A stretch of 64,000 nt of DNA from a virus (taxonomy: Duplodnaviria; Caudoviricetes): the IMG/VR virus record IMGVR_UViG_3300025732_000016. One strand, given 5' to 3'. The position numbers and the translations under genes were made by a program. How positions within the stretch are numbered: the first letter of the stretch is position 1; every line of letters starts with the position of its first letter. The notes under the pieces were generated by a model. It worked only from the letters and a program-made list of their open reading frames with translations. It did not search any database and was not told where the DNA came from. Of the stretch, positions 50,163 through 59,270 are shown piece after piece.

Positions 50163-52076
50163 TCAGATGATGTTCATGTCGAGGCAGGTGACCGTTCCGT
50201 AGAAGTCGGAGCGGACCATCTTCTTGCCGTAGCGGGTCATGACACCCTTACGTGGCGTGAAGTCTTCCGGAGCAAAGATCGTCGGGGTGACGATGAGCGG
50301 GACGTACGGAGCGTAGACGTATCCGGTCTCGAGGTAGCTGCCGCCCTTGAAGCCGACGAGGATCTTGTTCCTGGGGAAGTAAGGATCCTTGTAGACCGTG
50401 AAGCGGTTGCTCAGGGTACCGATCTTCTCTGCACCGATGGTCATCGGGGAGCCGACCTGGCCGCTGCCGTCGATCGAGTAGACCGGCTTGTAGAGCACGG
50501 AGGCCTCGAGGATGGTGGCAACGTCCGGGGAGACCACGATGAAGTTCGCGGAGCCGCGAAGCGTCTTGCGGTGGATCTCATTGGCGACGTCGATGACTGT
50601 CTCGATGAGGGTCTCGTACCACTCACGGACCGTTCCGGTGAAGGCCGGGCCGGGGGTGAGTGAGGTGGCGCGGGAGACCTCAACGCCGTTCTGCTTGTTG
50701 ACGAACTTGCCAGGGGCGCGTGACCAGAAGAAGTTCGCACCAGTTCCAGTCGTGAGGAGGTCGTTCAGGATCTCGCGATCGAGCTCGAGAGCGATCTGCT
50801 CGGAGAGGATCTGGGTGAGCTCGACCTCGGCGTCCAGTGAGTGGTACGCGTTGAGGTCCTGGGCAAGCTCCGGAGACCACCTGGCGCGGAGCTTCCTGGT
50901 TGTCGCCACGACCGAGATGCTCTCAATCTTGATGTCAATCTCAGGAATGACCGGTGAGGGGCTCGATGCGCTGAAGTTCGACTCAAACGTCGGAATGACG
51001 AGGGTCGAACCATCAGCGGCCGTGTTGAGTGTCGAAGCAAGCGGGAAGCTAACGAGGTAGTCGCTGGAGTTGTTGGTGCCGAATGTCGTACCAGAGACGA
51101 TCATGAGCACCGCAGCGTTGGAGTCGTCAGCTGCGACGAAGCCGTTCGCAGTGAAGGTGTTCGTGGTCGAGTCCCAGGTGCCGAGCTGGTTGAGGCGACG
51201 AACGTTGAGGACGCTCGTGCCACCCTGTACCGACTGGGGCAGAGCAGCAACGTCCTTGTCGCCGTTCGCAGAACCAGTGAGGAACAGACCGTACTCCTTC
51301 ACCATCGTCGAATCAGTCTGTGCACTGAAGCCGTTGGTGGTCGCGAACTTGAGGACTGCAGCGAAGAACTTACCCTGGCTGTTATCGATCAGGTTCGAGA
51401 TCTGGGGGTCGAACTGTAGGAGGCGACCATCAGAACCGGAGCTCGAGAGAGTGCCGGCAGTGAGGGTCGTTCCCGCGCCATAAGCGCCCTGGGCGAGGCG
51501 GGCGGAGCCGATAGTGCTGTTGAGGCTCGATCCGCTGTGCACCTTCGAGTAAGCAGCTCCAACGAGGTCGTACTGACCACCGGTGCCGAGAGATCCTGAC
51601 TGGATGCCACGGCCTGCAGGGTTGTTGTAGATCGACTGGCCGACCGAGTAGGTCGAACGGGCTCCAGCAGTGTCGCTGCCATCAACGCCAGTGTTGCCAC
51701 CGCGGTTGGTGCCGTAGGTGTAGTCCAGGTAGAAGAGCAGACCGGAGGGAAGGCTCATCGGCTGGATCGACACGAGGTCGTTGGCCACGAGACCGCCGAA
51801 CACCCTGCGAACGATGGGGAACGCGATGTTGGTGAAGCCGCGGAGGTCGCCAGAGGACGAGGATGAGCCAGCGCCAGCACCGACGGAGTTAGCCTCCTTC
51901 AGGATCTGGGCGGTCTGGTTCTCCAGGAGGCGAGCCATGTTCTCCTTGCGGACCCCATCGAGGCCGCGGAGGAGACCGGTGCGGTTCCACTTCTCGAGGA
52001 GCCTGCGGCCCTCGGTACCGAGATGACGCTCGCGGATTCCCTCGGCGAGCTGGTCAAGTGTAAATGCCTTTGACAT
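50163..52076 (-). CDS. Major capsid protein (gp23-like) with large insertion
   Basis: VRRVFGGLVANDLVSIQPMSLPSGLLFYLD, TRKLRARWSPELAQDLNAYHSLDAEVELT, GYVYAPYVPL, DFTPRKGVMTRYG; AAGGAG SD. Confidence 0.95.
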   Translation of the reverse strand: MSKAFTLDQLAEGIRERHLGTEGRRLLEKWNRTGLLRGLDGVRKENMARLLENQTAQILKEANSVGAGAGSSSSSGDLRGFTNIAFPIVRRVFGGLVANDLVSIQPMSLPSGLLFYLDYTYGTNRGGNTGVDGSDTAGARSTYSVGQSIYNNPAGRGIQSGSLGTGGQYDLVGAAYSKVHSGSSLNSTIGSARLAQGAYGAGTTLTAGTLSSSGSDGRLLQFDPQISNLIDNSQGKFFAAVLKFATTNGFSAQTDSTMVKEYGLFLTGSANGDKDVAALPQSVQGGTSVLNVRRLNQLGTWDSTTNTFTANGFVAADDSNAAVLMIVSGTTFGTNNSSDYLVSFPLASTLNTAADGSTLVIPTFESNFSASSPSPVIPEIDIKIESISVVATTRKLRARWSPELAQDLNAYHSLDAEVELTQILSEQIALELDREILNDLLTTGTGANFFWSRAPGKFVNKQNGVEVSRATSLTPGPAFTGTVREWYETLIETVIDVANEIHRKTLRGSANFIVVSPDVATILEASVLYKPVYSIDGSGQVGSPMTIGAEKIGTLSNRFTVYKDPYFPRNKILVGFKGGSYLETGYVYAPYVPLIVTPTIFAPEDFTPRKGVMTRYGKKMVRSDFYGTVTCLDMNII

Positions 52077-52127
52077 TTGAAATTTCTCCTTGAATGGTTG
52101 GATTGACTAACTGAATGTCCCGGCCTA

Positions 52128-53957
52128 TCAGGCCTTGTCCCCGATGCCGGCCAGAACAGCCCAGCGATCAGTCTCACCGACGGATTCATTGATCATGCCA
52201 CCTGGCCTCGTCGATCTTGAAGAGCTGCCCACTGTCCTGTTTGCACCCTCTGACAGAGAAGAAGTCGTCCTTGAGAGGGACTCGTTCAGGCTCTTGTAGA
52301 GGAGGTTCGCCTCTCTGAGTGTCTTAGCAGAGTCGAGAGCTTCCACGACGGCCTTTAGCTTGGTCTGTGGGAGCGCCGTGTTCTGCATAAGCTTGTTGAC
52401 GTACAGAAGCTTGGCGTTGAAGAGCTTCTGTTCGTTGAGCTCGCGGCGTAGCCCATTGATTGCCGCAGCCGCCTCCTTGAGGCGACCCATGAGAGCCCGA
52501 TTCTTGCGGGCCTCCTTTACTGCCTTCTCCTCGGCTCCCGCAGCCCTCTCTTCGGCCTCGTTAGCCTTGCCCTCAGCTTCCTCGGCCTTTGCCTCAGCAG
52601 CTGCAACCTTATCAGCCTCGCGGACCTTCCTCTCGGTCTTGGGCTTCTCAGTCTCAGAAACGTTGGCGTTGAGCTCAACGTCATCGTATGCACCGAACTC
52701 CTCCTCGGGGTCTCCACCGAATGAGCTCGTGGGCTCAACCTCCTCACGGAGGCGACGGAGGCGACGAAGCTCACGGCGAAGCATGGACTCGTCGATGGTG
52801 TAGACAGTGTTACCACGAGCTGCCCTGCGACGACGTGACTCCATCTTCATCTCATTCTGATCGCCCTCGCCATACTCACCCATGTCGTCGGCCTCGCCAT
52901 ACTCGCCCATGTCGCTCTCGTTATCGAGCTCATAGACGCTGCTCTCTTCCATTTCTTCACCACCCTCTTCTGGAGACTTGATCTCCATTCCAACGGCAGA
53001 AGCAAGGGACTCGAGGGCGGACTTCACCGCGTCAACGTCGACGTCTCCACCAGCGGCTTCCTCACCGCCTTCCTCATCACCGCCCATGTCAGCGGCTTCC
53101 TCATCAGCGGCTTCCTCATCACCGCCTTCCTCATCACCGCCCATGTCAGCGGCATCATCATCAGCTTCGTGCAGTCTCGCTCTCCTCTCCTCACGCTCGA
53201 GAAGGGTGCGAAGTAGTGACCTTGTAGACATTTGCTTTATCTCCTTTAGTAGTAAGCTCAATTCTCTCGAAGAGGACTCCCTCAACTTCCCCTTGGGCAG
53301 AGTGTTGATCTCTCCCTGGTAACCAAGTGACTTGCGAAGAATGTTGTTGAAGTTCTCGACGATTCGAAGAGCAGCTGTCCTTCCGGTCCTGCCTTCATTA
53401 AGGGCGCCGAGGGCCCTTCCAAGAAGCTTTAGCTCCATCCTGGCTTCGCGGATGCGATCTGTTAGACCGCCCTTGCCATCGATGATGCCGAGCAAAGTGT
53501 TAATGGATTCGTTGGTGAGCTCGATGCTCTCATTCTGCTTGTCCTTATCTGTAAGGACCTTCTCACCCTCGAACTCAATGTTGATCTTCTTCACACCCTT
53601 CAACGGGAATGAAGCCATGTCGTCAGACGAGGAGAAGGAATCCACGTCGAAGTCATCGTCGTCATCCTCCTCATCGTCATACTCATACTCGCTCTCTTCA
53701 GAGTCGAAGTCTTCAGAGTCATCAGTCCCACCCATCTCACCAGCTTCAGGAACTTCATCGGTTTCCTCACTGTCAAGGCTCGCGACAATGTTATCGATAT
53801 CATCGTCTTCATCGGTGGAAGCCTCAACTAGCCTCTTCTCGACGATCTTCCTGATCCTCGGAGCAACAGCCTCAATGAGCTTATTGGTGGCGTTCTCTTC
53901 CGCCATGCGAACGAGTTCCTTCGCATCTGCAATTGCTTCATCGTATAGTGATGACAT
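52128..53957 (-). CDS. Prohead scaffolding/core protein (gp22-like)
   Basis: MSSLYDEAIADAK, acidic tracts, NEQKLFNAKLLY.NKL, LREANLLY; C-terminal RWAVLAGI; directly upstream of the capsid gene. Confidence 0.8.
   Translation of the reverse strand: MSSLYDEAIADAKELVRMAEENATNKLIEAVAPRIRKIVEKRLVEASTDEDDDIDNIVASLDSEETDEVPEAGEMGGTDDSEDFDSEESEYEYDDEEDDDDDFDVDSFSSSDDMASFPLKGVKKINIEFEGEKVLTDKDKQNESIELTNESINTLLGIIDGKGGLTDRIREARMELKLLGRALGALNEGRTGRTAALRIVENFNNILRKSLGYQGEINTLPKGKLRESSSRELSLLLKEIKQMSTRSLLRTLLEREERRARLHEADDDAADMGGDEEGGDEEAADEEAADMGGDEEGGEEAAGGDVDVDAVKSALESLASAVGMEIKSPEEGGEEMEESSVYELDNESDMGEYGEADDMGEYGEGDQNEMKMESRRRRAARGNTVYTIDESMLRRELRRLRRLREEVEPTSSFGGDPEEEFGAYDDVELNANVSETEKPKTERKVREADKVAAAEAKAEEAEGKANEAEERAAGAEEKAVKEARKNRALMGRLKEAAAAINGLRRELNEQKLFNAKLLYVNKLMQNTALPQTKLKAVVEALDSAKTLREANLLYKSLNESLSRTTSSLSEGANRTVGSSSRSTRPGGMINESVGETDRWAVLAGIGDKA
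52865..52914. repeat. 27-bp tandem repeat (DMGEYGEA x2) in scaffold gene
   Basis: cctcgccatactcRcccatgtcg at 52865 and 52892. Confidence 0.8.
53063..53153. repeat. 34-bp direct repeat, 57-bp period (AADMGGDEEGG x2) in scaffold gene
   Basis: caccgccttcctcatcaccgcccatgtcagcggc at 53063 and 53120. Confidence 0.85.
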
Positions 53958-53974
53958 CAGTTTCTCCGTGTCTC

Positions 53975-53981
53975 TATGTAT
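53975..53981 (-). promoter_or_regulatory. Putative late promoter ATACATA
   Basis: 17 nt before the scaffold ATG. Confidence 0.55.
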
Positions 53982-54001
53982 ATTCGCTCATGATGAAAAA
54001 C

Positions 54002-54559
54002 TCATCTTTCTCTCTTGTTCTCATCGGAAATTACTCTGATAAGCTCTCGAACAGCCTGCAGCTCGGGAGCTTCCTCTTGATCTTCGCTGGGTTCGAGAAA
54101 AATGGGGGCAAACTGAGTTCCGTGAGGTGTAGACTTGGTCCTGAGTATGTCTTTCGTGGTCTGCCACTGATTGCTACCAACTAACCCGCTGTCCCTTCCT
54201 TTATAAAGATCGGGCTTCGGAACCATTGAGCCTCTCGTCGTGTTCCTAACTATGGATTCGAACCTCGTCGCAGCTCCAAAGAAGTAGAACGGATCGTTCT
54301 TCTTGGTCGCAAGTCCATCGGACGGCACGTAGGAGGAGAGCTTACGGCTGACTTTGGAGTCGAACTCTTCGTCTCTCTCTTCCTCATCAACCTCAAGCTC
54401 TTCATCGCTCGGCGGCTCTTTATAGGGATAAGATCCCTGATACTGCCTTTGAGCATGAAACCCGGACTGAGTCCCGTATCCGAGACCCGTCCGGGCATCA
54501 TAGTTGGGGAAGTTTGCAGGACCTCCCCCGATAGCTTCCCAGAGACTCTTACGAGGCAT
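54002..54559 (-). CDS. Hypothetical head-region protein
   Basis: Start moved to ATG 54559 (MPRKSLWEAIGGG); ends LQAVRELIRVISDENK. Confidence 0.65.
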   Translation of the reverse strand: MPRKSLWEAIGGGPANFPNYDARTGLGYGTQSGFHAQRQYQGSYPYKEPPSDEELEVDEEERDEEFDSKVSRKLSSYVPSDGLATKKNDPFYFFGAATRFESIVRNTTRGSMVPKPDLYKGRDSGLVGSNQWQTTKDILRTKSTPHGTQFAPIFLEPSEDQEEAPELQAVRELIRVISDENKRER

Positions 54560-55058
54560 TCTGCGTGGCCGGTGACTGGCCAAGCTCTGCTGTCGTAACT
54601 CTCGTTGACATGTTTGCCGACGAGACTGACGGATTTCTTCCTTCTGCTGTGACCGCAGTGGAGTTTCCAGCGTGGGCGCCGTTTGTTGGAGTTGTACCGA
54701 AACCTGACGGTGGTGCGGCCATGTCCGTGGGATTTGTAGATCCCTCTCCGGGGCTCACAGGATTTGGGACATATGCAGAAGCAGGCAGACCACCAGCTCC
54801 AGTTGCCACGTCAGCGTAGTTTGGTGCACCGTTAGAAGAGTAATCCCTGTTGTAATTCCCAATCTGCTGGTTCTCCACAATCTCACCGTCGAGGAGCAGT
54901 GCTAGAGCGGCTTCCTTGTAGTCTGCAGATGCTAGAGAAAGACCCGGTGTCTGCGGAAACATCGCCTGGATGGTCGCAGAGTCAGAGTCTCCCTTACCGC
55001 GCGTTGTAGTTCCCACAGTCACGATTGTGGGGTATGTGTATGTGCGACTCATGTTCAA
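54549..55058 (-). CDS. Hypothetical head-region protein (T/G/S/A-rich)
   Basis: GGAGG SD; overlaps neighbour in the operon pattern. Confidence 0.7.
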   Translation of the reverse strand: MNMSRTYTYPTIVTVGTTTRGKGDSDSATIQAMFPQTPGLSLASADYKEAALALLLDGEIVENQQIGNYNRDYSSNGAPNYADVATGAGGLPASAYVPNPVSPGEGSTNPTDMAAPPSGFGTTPTNGAHAGNSTAVTAEGRNPSVSSANMSTRVTTAELGQSPATQNAS

Positions 55059-55076
55059 GACCTCCAGTTGGTGAAA

Positions 55077-55376
55077 TTAGCGACGAAGGAGACGGGCGCG
55101 GATGTTGCGCTTGCTCTCACGAATCTGATGGAGCTTGTTGATGAGCTTCCTCTCAGCGATTGTGAGTGCCTGGTAGCGCCTGCGGGCCTCATTCTTCGGG
55201 GTGTGAACCTCAGGTGCCTCAAGCGTGTCAGCGTACTCGTCAGCACCGACTTCCTCTGCAGTAGCGAGAGGCTCATCGGCCTCATGCTTCATCTTCGCTT
55301 CACGAACAAGCTTGCGCTTCTCCTCAAGAACGATCCTGCGAAGGAGAGCGGGAGTGAGTGTCATTGTCTTTGCCAT
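55077..55376 (-). CDS. Small protein with capsid-targeting-like N-terminus
   Basis: LTPALLRRIVLEEKRKLVRE-A; late motif upstream. Confidence 0.75.
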   Translation of the reverse strand: MAKTMTLTPALLRRIVLEEKRKLVREAKMKHEADEPLATAEEVGADEYADTLEAPEVHTPKNEARRRYQALTIAERKLINKLHQIRESKRNIRARLLRR

Positions 55377-55407
55377 TTGTGAACTCCGGAGCTGTTTTGC
55401 TCAGCTG

Positions 55408-55414
55408 TATGTAT
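55408..55414 (-). promoter_or_regulatory. Putative late promoter (GGTGA)ATACATA
   Basis: 31 nt before ATG 55376. Confidence 0.6.
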
Positions 55415-55867
55415 TCACCTACGTGAGGTGTTTCTAGATTCTGAGAATGCCATCATTGCCCAGTTCTCAGCCCCCTCGAACAGATTGGGATCGACGCCAG
55501 TGTCCATGAGGGGGTTAGCTTGAGAATTGCTGCCACCGTCGGGGGAGCCGAGCCTTTCAACCAGTCCGCTCGCAGCAGTATCGGCGAAAACTGATGCTAG
55601 CACATCATTTCCGCCAACGAGCTCCTTGTAATTAGCAGCGCTTGGTCGTGGTCGATCCGGTTGTCTTTGTGTTGGGACAGGAGAGCTTGCAGGAGCCCTA
55701 CCCTTCGGGTGGATGAGGTCGAGAGCAGGACGGGTTGCAACAGGCCTCGTCGACTGCTTGGTAGTGTTCCTTTCCCTCACATTCTCGACAACTCTTTTTG
55801 GAGAGCCCTCAACGATAATCTCGAGCAGGCACTCCTTGACGAGCTCTTTCAAATCATCTCTTGTCAT
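55415..55867 (-). CDS. Hypothetical protein with capsid-targeting-like N-terminus
   Basis: Start ATG 55867: MTRDDLKELVKECLLEIIVE-G. Confidence 0.7.
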   Translation of the reverse strand: MTRDDLKELVKECLLEIIVEGSPKRVVENVRERNTTKQSTRPVATRPALDLIHPKGRAPASSPVPTQRQPDRPRPSAANYKELVGGNDVLASVFADTAASGLVERLGSPDGGSNSQANPLMDTGVDPNLFEGAENWAMMAFSESRNTSRR

Positions 55868-56477
55868 TCTTTCTCCACGACAGGACTTCGTTGAACACTC
55901 TATCAATTCTGTCGCTTCGAGTGAAGGTCTGCTTTAGATCTCTATCACTTATCTTCTTACCCTCAGCCATCATGAATGCACCTGGAGTCGAGGGCTCTGC
56001 AACGAAATCCCAGCAGATGAGCTGGAAGTCATCTTGGACGACTTGCGTGTCACCGTCTCTCTTTGTTGAACCAACTCCTCTCGAAGAAATCCCAAGAGTG
56101 ATGCCAGACTCCACAAGGCTTTGGAGAATTTTACCGCAGGGTGTGTCGAGGATCTCAACTGTACCGTAGCAGACAGTCCCTTCCATGTAAGCTTCACGGA
56201 CGATGTGGCTCACCTTCTTGAGCTCAACGACGGAAGAGTCTGGGTGATCACACTCACCGAGAGCCCTGTTTTCACGAATGAACTTCTGGTAATTGCGAAC
56301 CTCTCTCTCGAGGATAGAGATTGGATACACTCTTCCGTTCTGGTTGAGAGTTTCTGCCTTCTGGAGGATGCCTCTCATGACAATCTTCCCGCCGTTCTTT
56401 TCGCGACTCTCCTTGATCATTTCCGGAGAGTATGAGAAGGCAGTCCACTCTGTGAGGAGTCTTTTATCACTTGACAT
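55854..56477 (-). CDS. Prohead core protease (gp21-like)
   Basis: GILQKAETLNQNGRVYP, ALGECDHP, VSH, LGISSRGVGS, DFQLICWDFVAEPSTPGA. Confidence 0.93.
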   Translation of the reverse strand: MSSDKRLLTEWTAFSYSPEMIKESREKNGGKIVMRGILQKAETLNQNGRVYPISILEREVRNYQKFIRENRALGECDHPDSSVVELKKVSHIVREAYMEGTVCYGTVEILDTPCGKILQSLVESGITLGISSRGVGSTKRDGDTQVVQDDFQLICWDFVAEPSTPGAFMMAEGKKISDRDLKQTFTRSDRIDRVFNEVLSWRKNDKR

Positions 56478-57315
56478 TTTCCTTATCCTCCACTTCGCTG
56501 ACTAGCTTTATGAGAGTGAGATACTTGGAAAGTTCACTCTCATGAATGTTCTGGTTCGGAAGAGACTCAATCTCCTTCTTCACCGGGTCGAACTTCTCTT
56601 GAAGAATCTTGTCGTTCTTCTCTCCGCGTAGGTGAGTGAGAGATCTTAGCGCCCTTATCTTGATGCTCTCGCATGCTTCCCTTAGAGGCTTAGAGTCTCC
56701 ACGAGCGGAAGCCTTGACGTAAAGGTTGATGAGCGAGATCTGCTCAGAATTGAGAGTAGTCGAGTACTTTCTCTCAAGCTTCTCTTGCATGAGCTTCAGA
56801 GAAAGAGAAGTGACCTCGCTCTTCTTTATGAGGGGCGCTGTCTCTTGCTTGTCAGTGAGGTGCTGTACTACCTTTGACTCATACATGGCTCTTTGAGCGC
56901 TCACAGTTGAATCTTTGCCGCGCCAGTCATTCAAGAGAGTCTGGACAGTTGCAAGCTTTCTGTACTCGGGAATCCTCATGTCAAAGAATCCCGGAAAATC
57001 TAGCTTCTTGTTGATGCTGCGAATCAGGAGACTCTTTTCATTGTCTAGTCTCTTTGGATCGTGCGTCAGAGCGGCGACCTTCGCCTCTTCAAGAACTCTG
57101 ATCGCAAGCGAATCGCTTGGGACCCGAGTCTGTACCAGGGCGTTAAAGAGACGAAACTCCTTGTAGAGCTCAGTCCCAGGCTTGAAGTGATCCTTCATGA
57201 TCTGCATGGCGATCTCGGCCCTGTCCGTCTTTCCCTCGAGTATGCACTTCGAGGCGTAGCGAATCAACTGCTCGTAGATCAGCCCGACATTGCGCTTTTT
57301 GTTGTGGTTACTCAT
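56467..57315 (-). CDS. Conserved hypothetical protein between portal and protease
   Basis: Start ATG 57315 (MSNHNKKRNVGLIYEQL); helical, K/E-rich. Confidence 0.75.
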   Translation of the reverse strand: MSNHNKKRNVGLIYEQLIRYASKCILEGKTDRAEIAMQIMKDHFKPGTELYKEFRLFNALVQTRVPSDSLAIRVLEEAKVAALTHDPKRLDNEKSLLIRSINKKLDFPGFFDMRIPEYRKLATVQTLLNDWRGKDSTVSAQRAMYESKVVQHLTDKQETAPLIKKSEVTSLSLKLMQEKLERKYSTTLNSEQISLINLYVKASARGDSKPLREACESIKIRALRSLTHLRGEKNDKILQEKFDPVKKEIESLPNQNIHESELSKYLTLIKLVSEVEDKENVK

Positions 57316-59239
57316 TGTCGTCGGACTCTCCAGTGCTTGAGTTCTCAATTTCCTCACGGAGGACTGTTCGTTCTCCTCTCTTTGTATCTATCTCTCGACC
57401 GAGCAAGCTTAGAAGAGAATTGACTTCTGGAGTCTTTCTCGGTATGGGAGATTCTCCGAACATTGCTTTCGAGAGAGAAAGATCTTCCCAAATGCCCTTT
57501 CTCATGCTAGAGGGGCCGTATGGCTCATTCATCGTTGACTGTGGACGCTTGTCCATGGTCATTACGAGGAAGTCCGGAACCTCAGCTTTTGCGTTGGAAG
57601 ACCTCTGCTTCTTTTTGCGTCTCCTCGAACCAAAGACGTTTTTCGCTTCTGATGAGGGCTTGATCGGAAATTCCTCGACCTCACCGAGAATCGGACCGTC
57701 CTTGTAGTCACCCGAGAACAGATCTTCTGCGCCGCCAGCTTCTTCACCACCTGGTGGGGCGCCGCCAGCCTCTTCACCGCCTGGAGGAGCTCCAGTATCA
57801 GCAGCGCCTGCCTCAGCACCGCCTTCTTCTCCACCCTCTGGCTTCGCAGCTTCAACCTCGGCGTCTTCGATCTTGTCAGCCTTGCGACCCTCCTTGATTT
57901 TGAGGATCTCTTCATCAGTGAGCCCAAGAATGTTCTTGCGAATCCACTGCCTGTCCACTGCTCCTTCAGGCGCGGCACCAGCAATTTCAAACTTCGTCTT
58001 GATGAGCTCAAGCTTCTGTAGCTGCGCAACCGAAGAAGGGTTGTTGAGGCTCAGGTGGAAATTGAGCAGCTCGTCGTCAGTGAAGCCGTGCGAGTACAGG
58101 TGAATCATCGCCATCTTGTTAAGCTCAGATATGATGACCTTCTGTATCCTGGCGATGGTCCTCGAGAACCTGATGTCCTCCTGCGCCAGGGTTGCCTTCG
58201 CACCGATCTCTTCATCGTAGCCGAGGTAAGCCTTCGGAATCTTGAGAGCCGCGAAGAGCTTCTTCTGAATGTATTGGACGTCCTCTACCGCCGCGGCGTT
58301 CTGTCCACCAGCTAGGGTGTCGATCTTCGTGCCAGACTCCCCACCTCTGACCGGAATGAAGTAGTCATCATCAACTGCGAGAGGATTATAGCGGAGATCG
58401 AGGCGTCCCGTTGTCTGGTCTATCGCCTTGTTCCTCTTCAGGCTCGTCTGAGCCTGCTGCATGTAATTCTCAATCTCTTCGGGAGGAACGTTACCGACGT
58501 CAATGTAGAATATGCGCCTCTCAGGCGCTCTCACGATTCGGTAAACGAGCATTGCGTCCTCGATGAGGATGAGCTGTCTCCAGATTCTTCTTGCAGACTC
58601 GAGGACCGAGGCTCCATAGGGTAGGAAGGCGTCGTTACCAAGCAGCCTGAAGTGGGTCACCTGCCAGTTCTCGAGCGTCTGATTTCCTCTCGTGATCCAG
58701 CGAAACCTGACTGCCATCGGGTCCTGTGGATCGTAACCTTCCTCTCTCTCGATCTCAGCGATGGGAATCGGGTAAGCGTTGAGGACTCCGTACTTGGGGT
58801 CGACATCGTTGAAGAGGAAGAAGTCTCCGTACTTGCAGAGGTTCCTCACCCACATCGGGAGGTTGAAGTTGACATTAAGAACGTCGTCGAAGAGGTTCGT
58901 GAGAAGCTCTTGGATCGCCCTGTTCTCAGAGTAGACGTGAAGGACCCTGCCGGTGTCATCCTGCGAAGCAGTTTCCTCTGCGTAGATGTCGAGAGCGGAG
59001 GCAATCTCAGGTGTTGCCTCCATCTCGGAGAAGTCTGAATACCTCGACATTCTGTCGTAGGCACCATACGCTGAAACAGTGCTTGCGTATACATCTGAAA
59101 CGTTCCTCCGGAACATCTCGTACGCCGACGAGGCTGTCGGCTCAGTCGCATTCTTGACCTTTCTCCTTACGACTGGCCCACTGCGGAAGAGCTTGGTCAG
59201 CCTCGAGAAAAGATTACCTTGTTGCTTTGCCACTATCAC
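57308..59239 (-). CDS. Portal protein (gp20-like)
   Basis: YSDFSEMEATPEIASALDIYAEE, IEDAMLVYRIVRAPERRIFYIDVGNVP, DDYFIPVRGG, IDTLAGG, KLFAALKIPKAYL. Confidence 0.95.
   Translation of the reverse strand: MIVAKQQGNLFSRLTKLFRSGPVVRRKVKNATEPTASSAYEMFRRNVSDVYASTVSAYGAYDRMSRYSDFSEMEATPEIASALDIYAEETASQDDTGRVLHVYSENRAIQELLTNLFDDVLNVNFNLPMWVRNLCKYGDFFLFNDVDPKYGVLNAYPIPIAEIEREEGYDPQDPMAVRFRWITRGNQTLENWQVTHFRLLGNDAFLPYGASVLESARRIWRQLILIEDAMLVYRIVRAPERRIFYIDVGNVPPEEIENYMQQAQTSLKRNKAIDQTTGRLDLRYNPLAVDDDYFIPVRGGESGTKIDTLAGGQNAAAVEDVQYIQKKLFAALKIPKAYLGYDEEIGAKATLAQEDIRFSRTIARIQKVIISELNKMAMIHLYSHGFTDDELLNFHLSLNNPSSVAQLQKLELIKTKFEIAGAAPEGAVDRQWIRKNILGLTDEEILKIKEGRKADKIEDAEVEAAKPEGGEEGGAEAGAADTGAPPGGEEAGGAPPGGEEAGGAEDLFSGDYKDGPILGEVEEFPIKPSSEAKNVFGSRRRKKKQRSSNAKAEVPDFLVMTMDKRPQSTMNEPYGPSSMRKGIWEDLSLSKAMFGESPIPRKTPEVNSLLSLLGREIDTKRGERTVLREEIENSSTGESDDNE
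57729..57790. repeat. 30-bp tandem repeat (GGAPPGGEEA x2) in the portal C-terminal tail
   Basis: gcgccgccagcYtcttcaccRcctgg at 57729 and 57759. Confidence 0.75.
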
Positions 59240-59251
59240 ACTCCGATTTCA

Positions 59252-59258
59252 TAACTAT
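59252..59258 (-). promoter_or_regulatory. Putative late promoter ATAGTTA
   Basis: 12 nt before the portal GTG. Confidence 0.55.
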
Positions 59259-59270
59259 CGGACTCAGAGC

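Noticed and set aside
52100-52120. Partial late motif (TTCAGTTA) upstream of the capsid gene
   Set aside because: Does not match ATAnWTA; the capsid gene is probably read from the scaffold promoter at 53975
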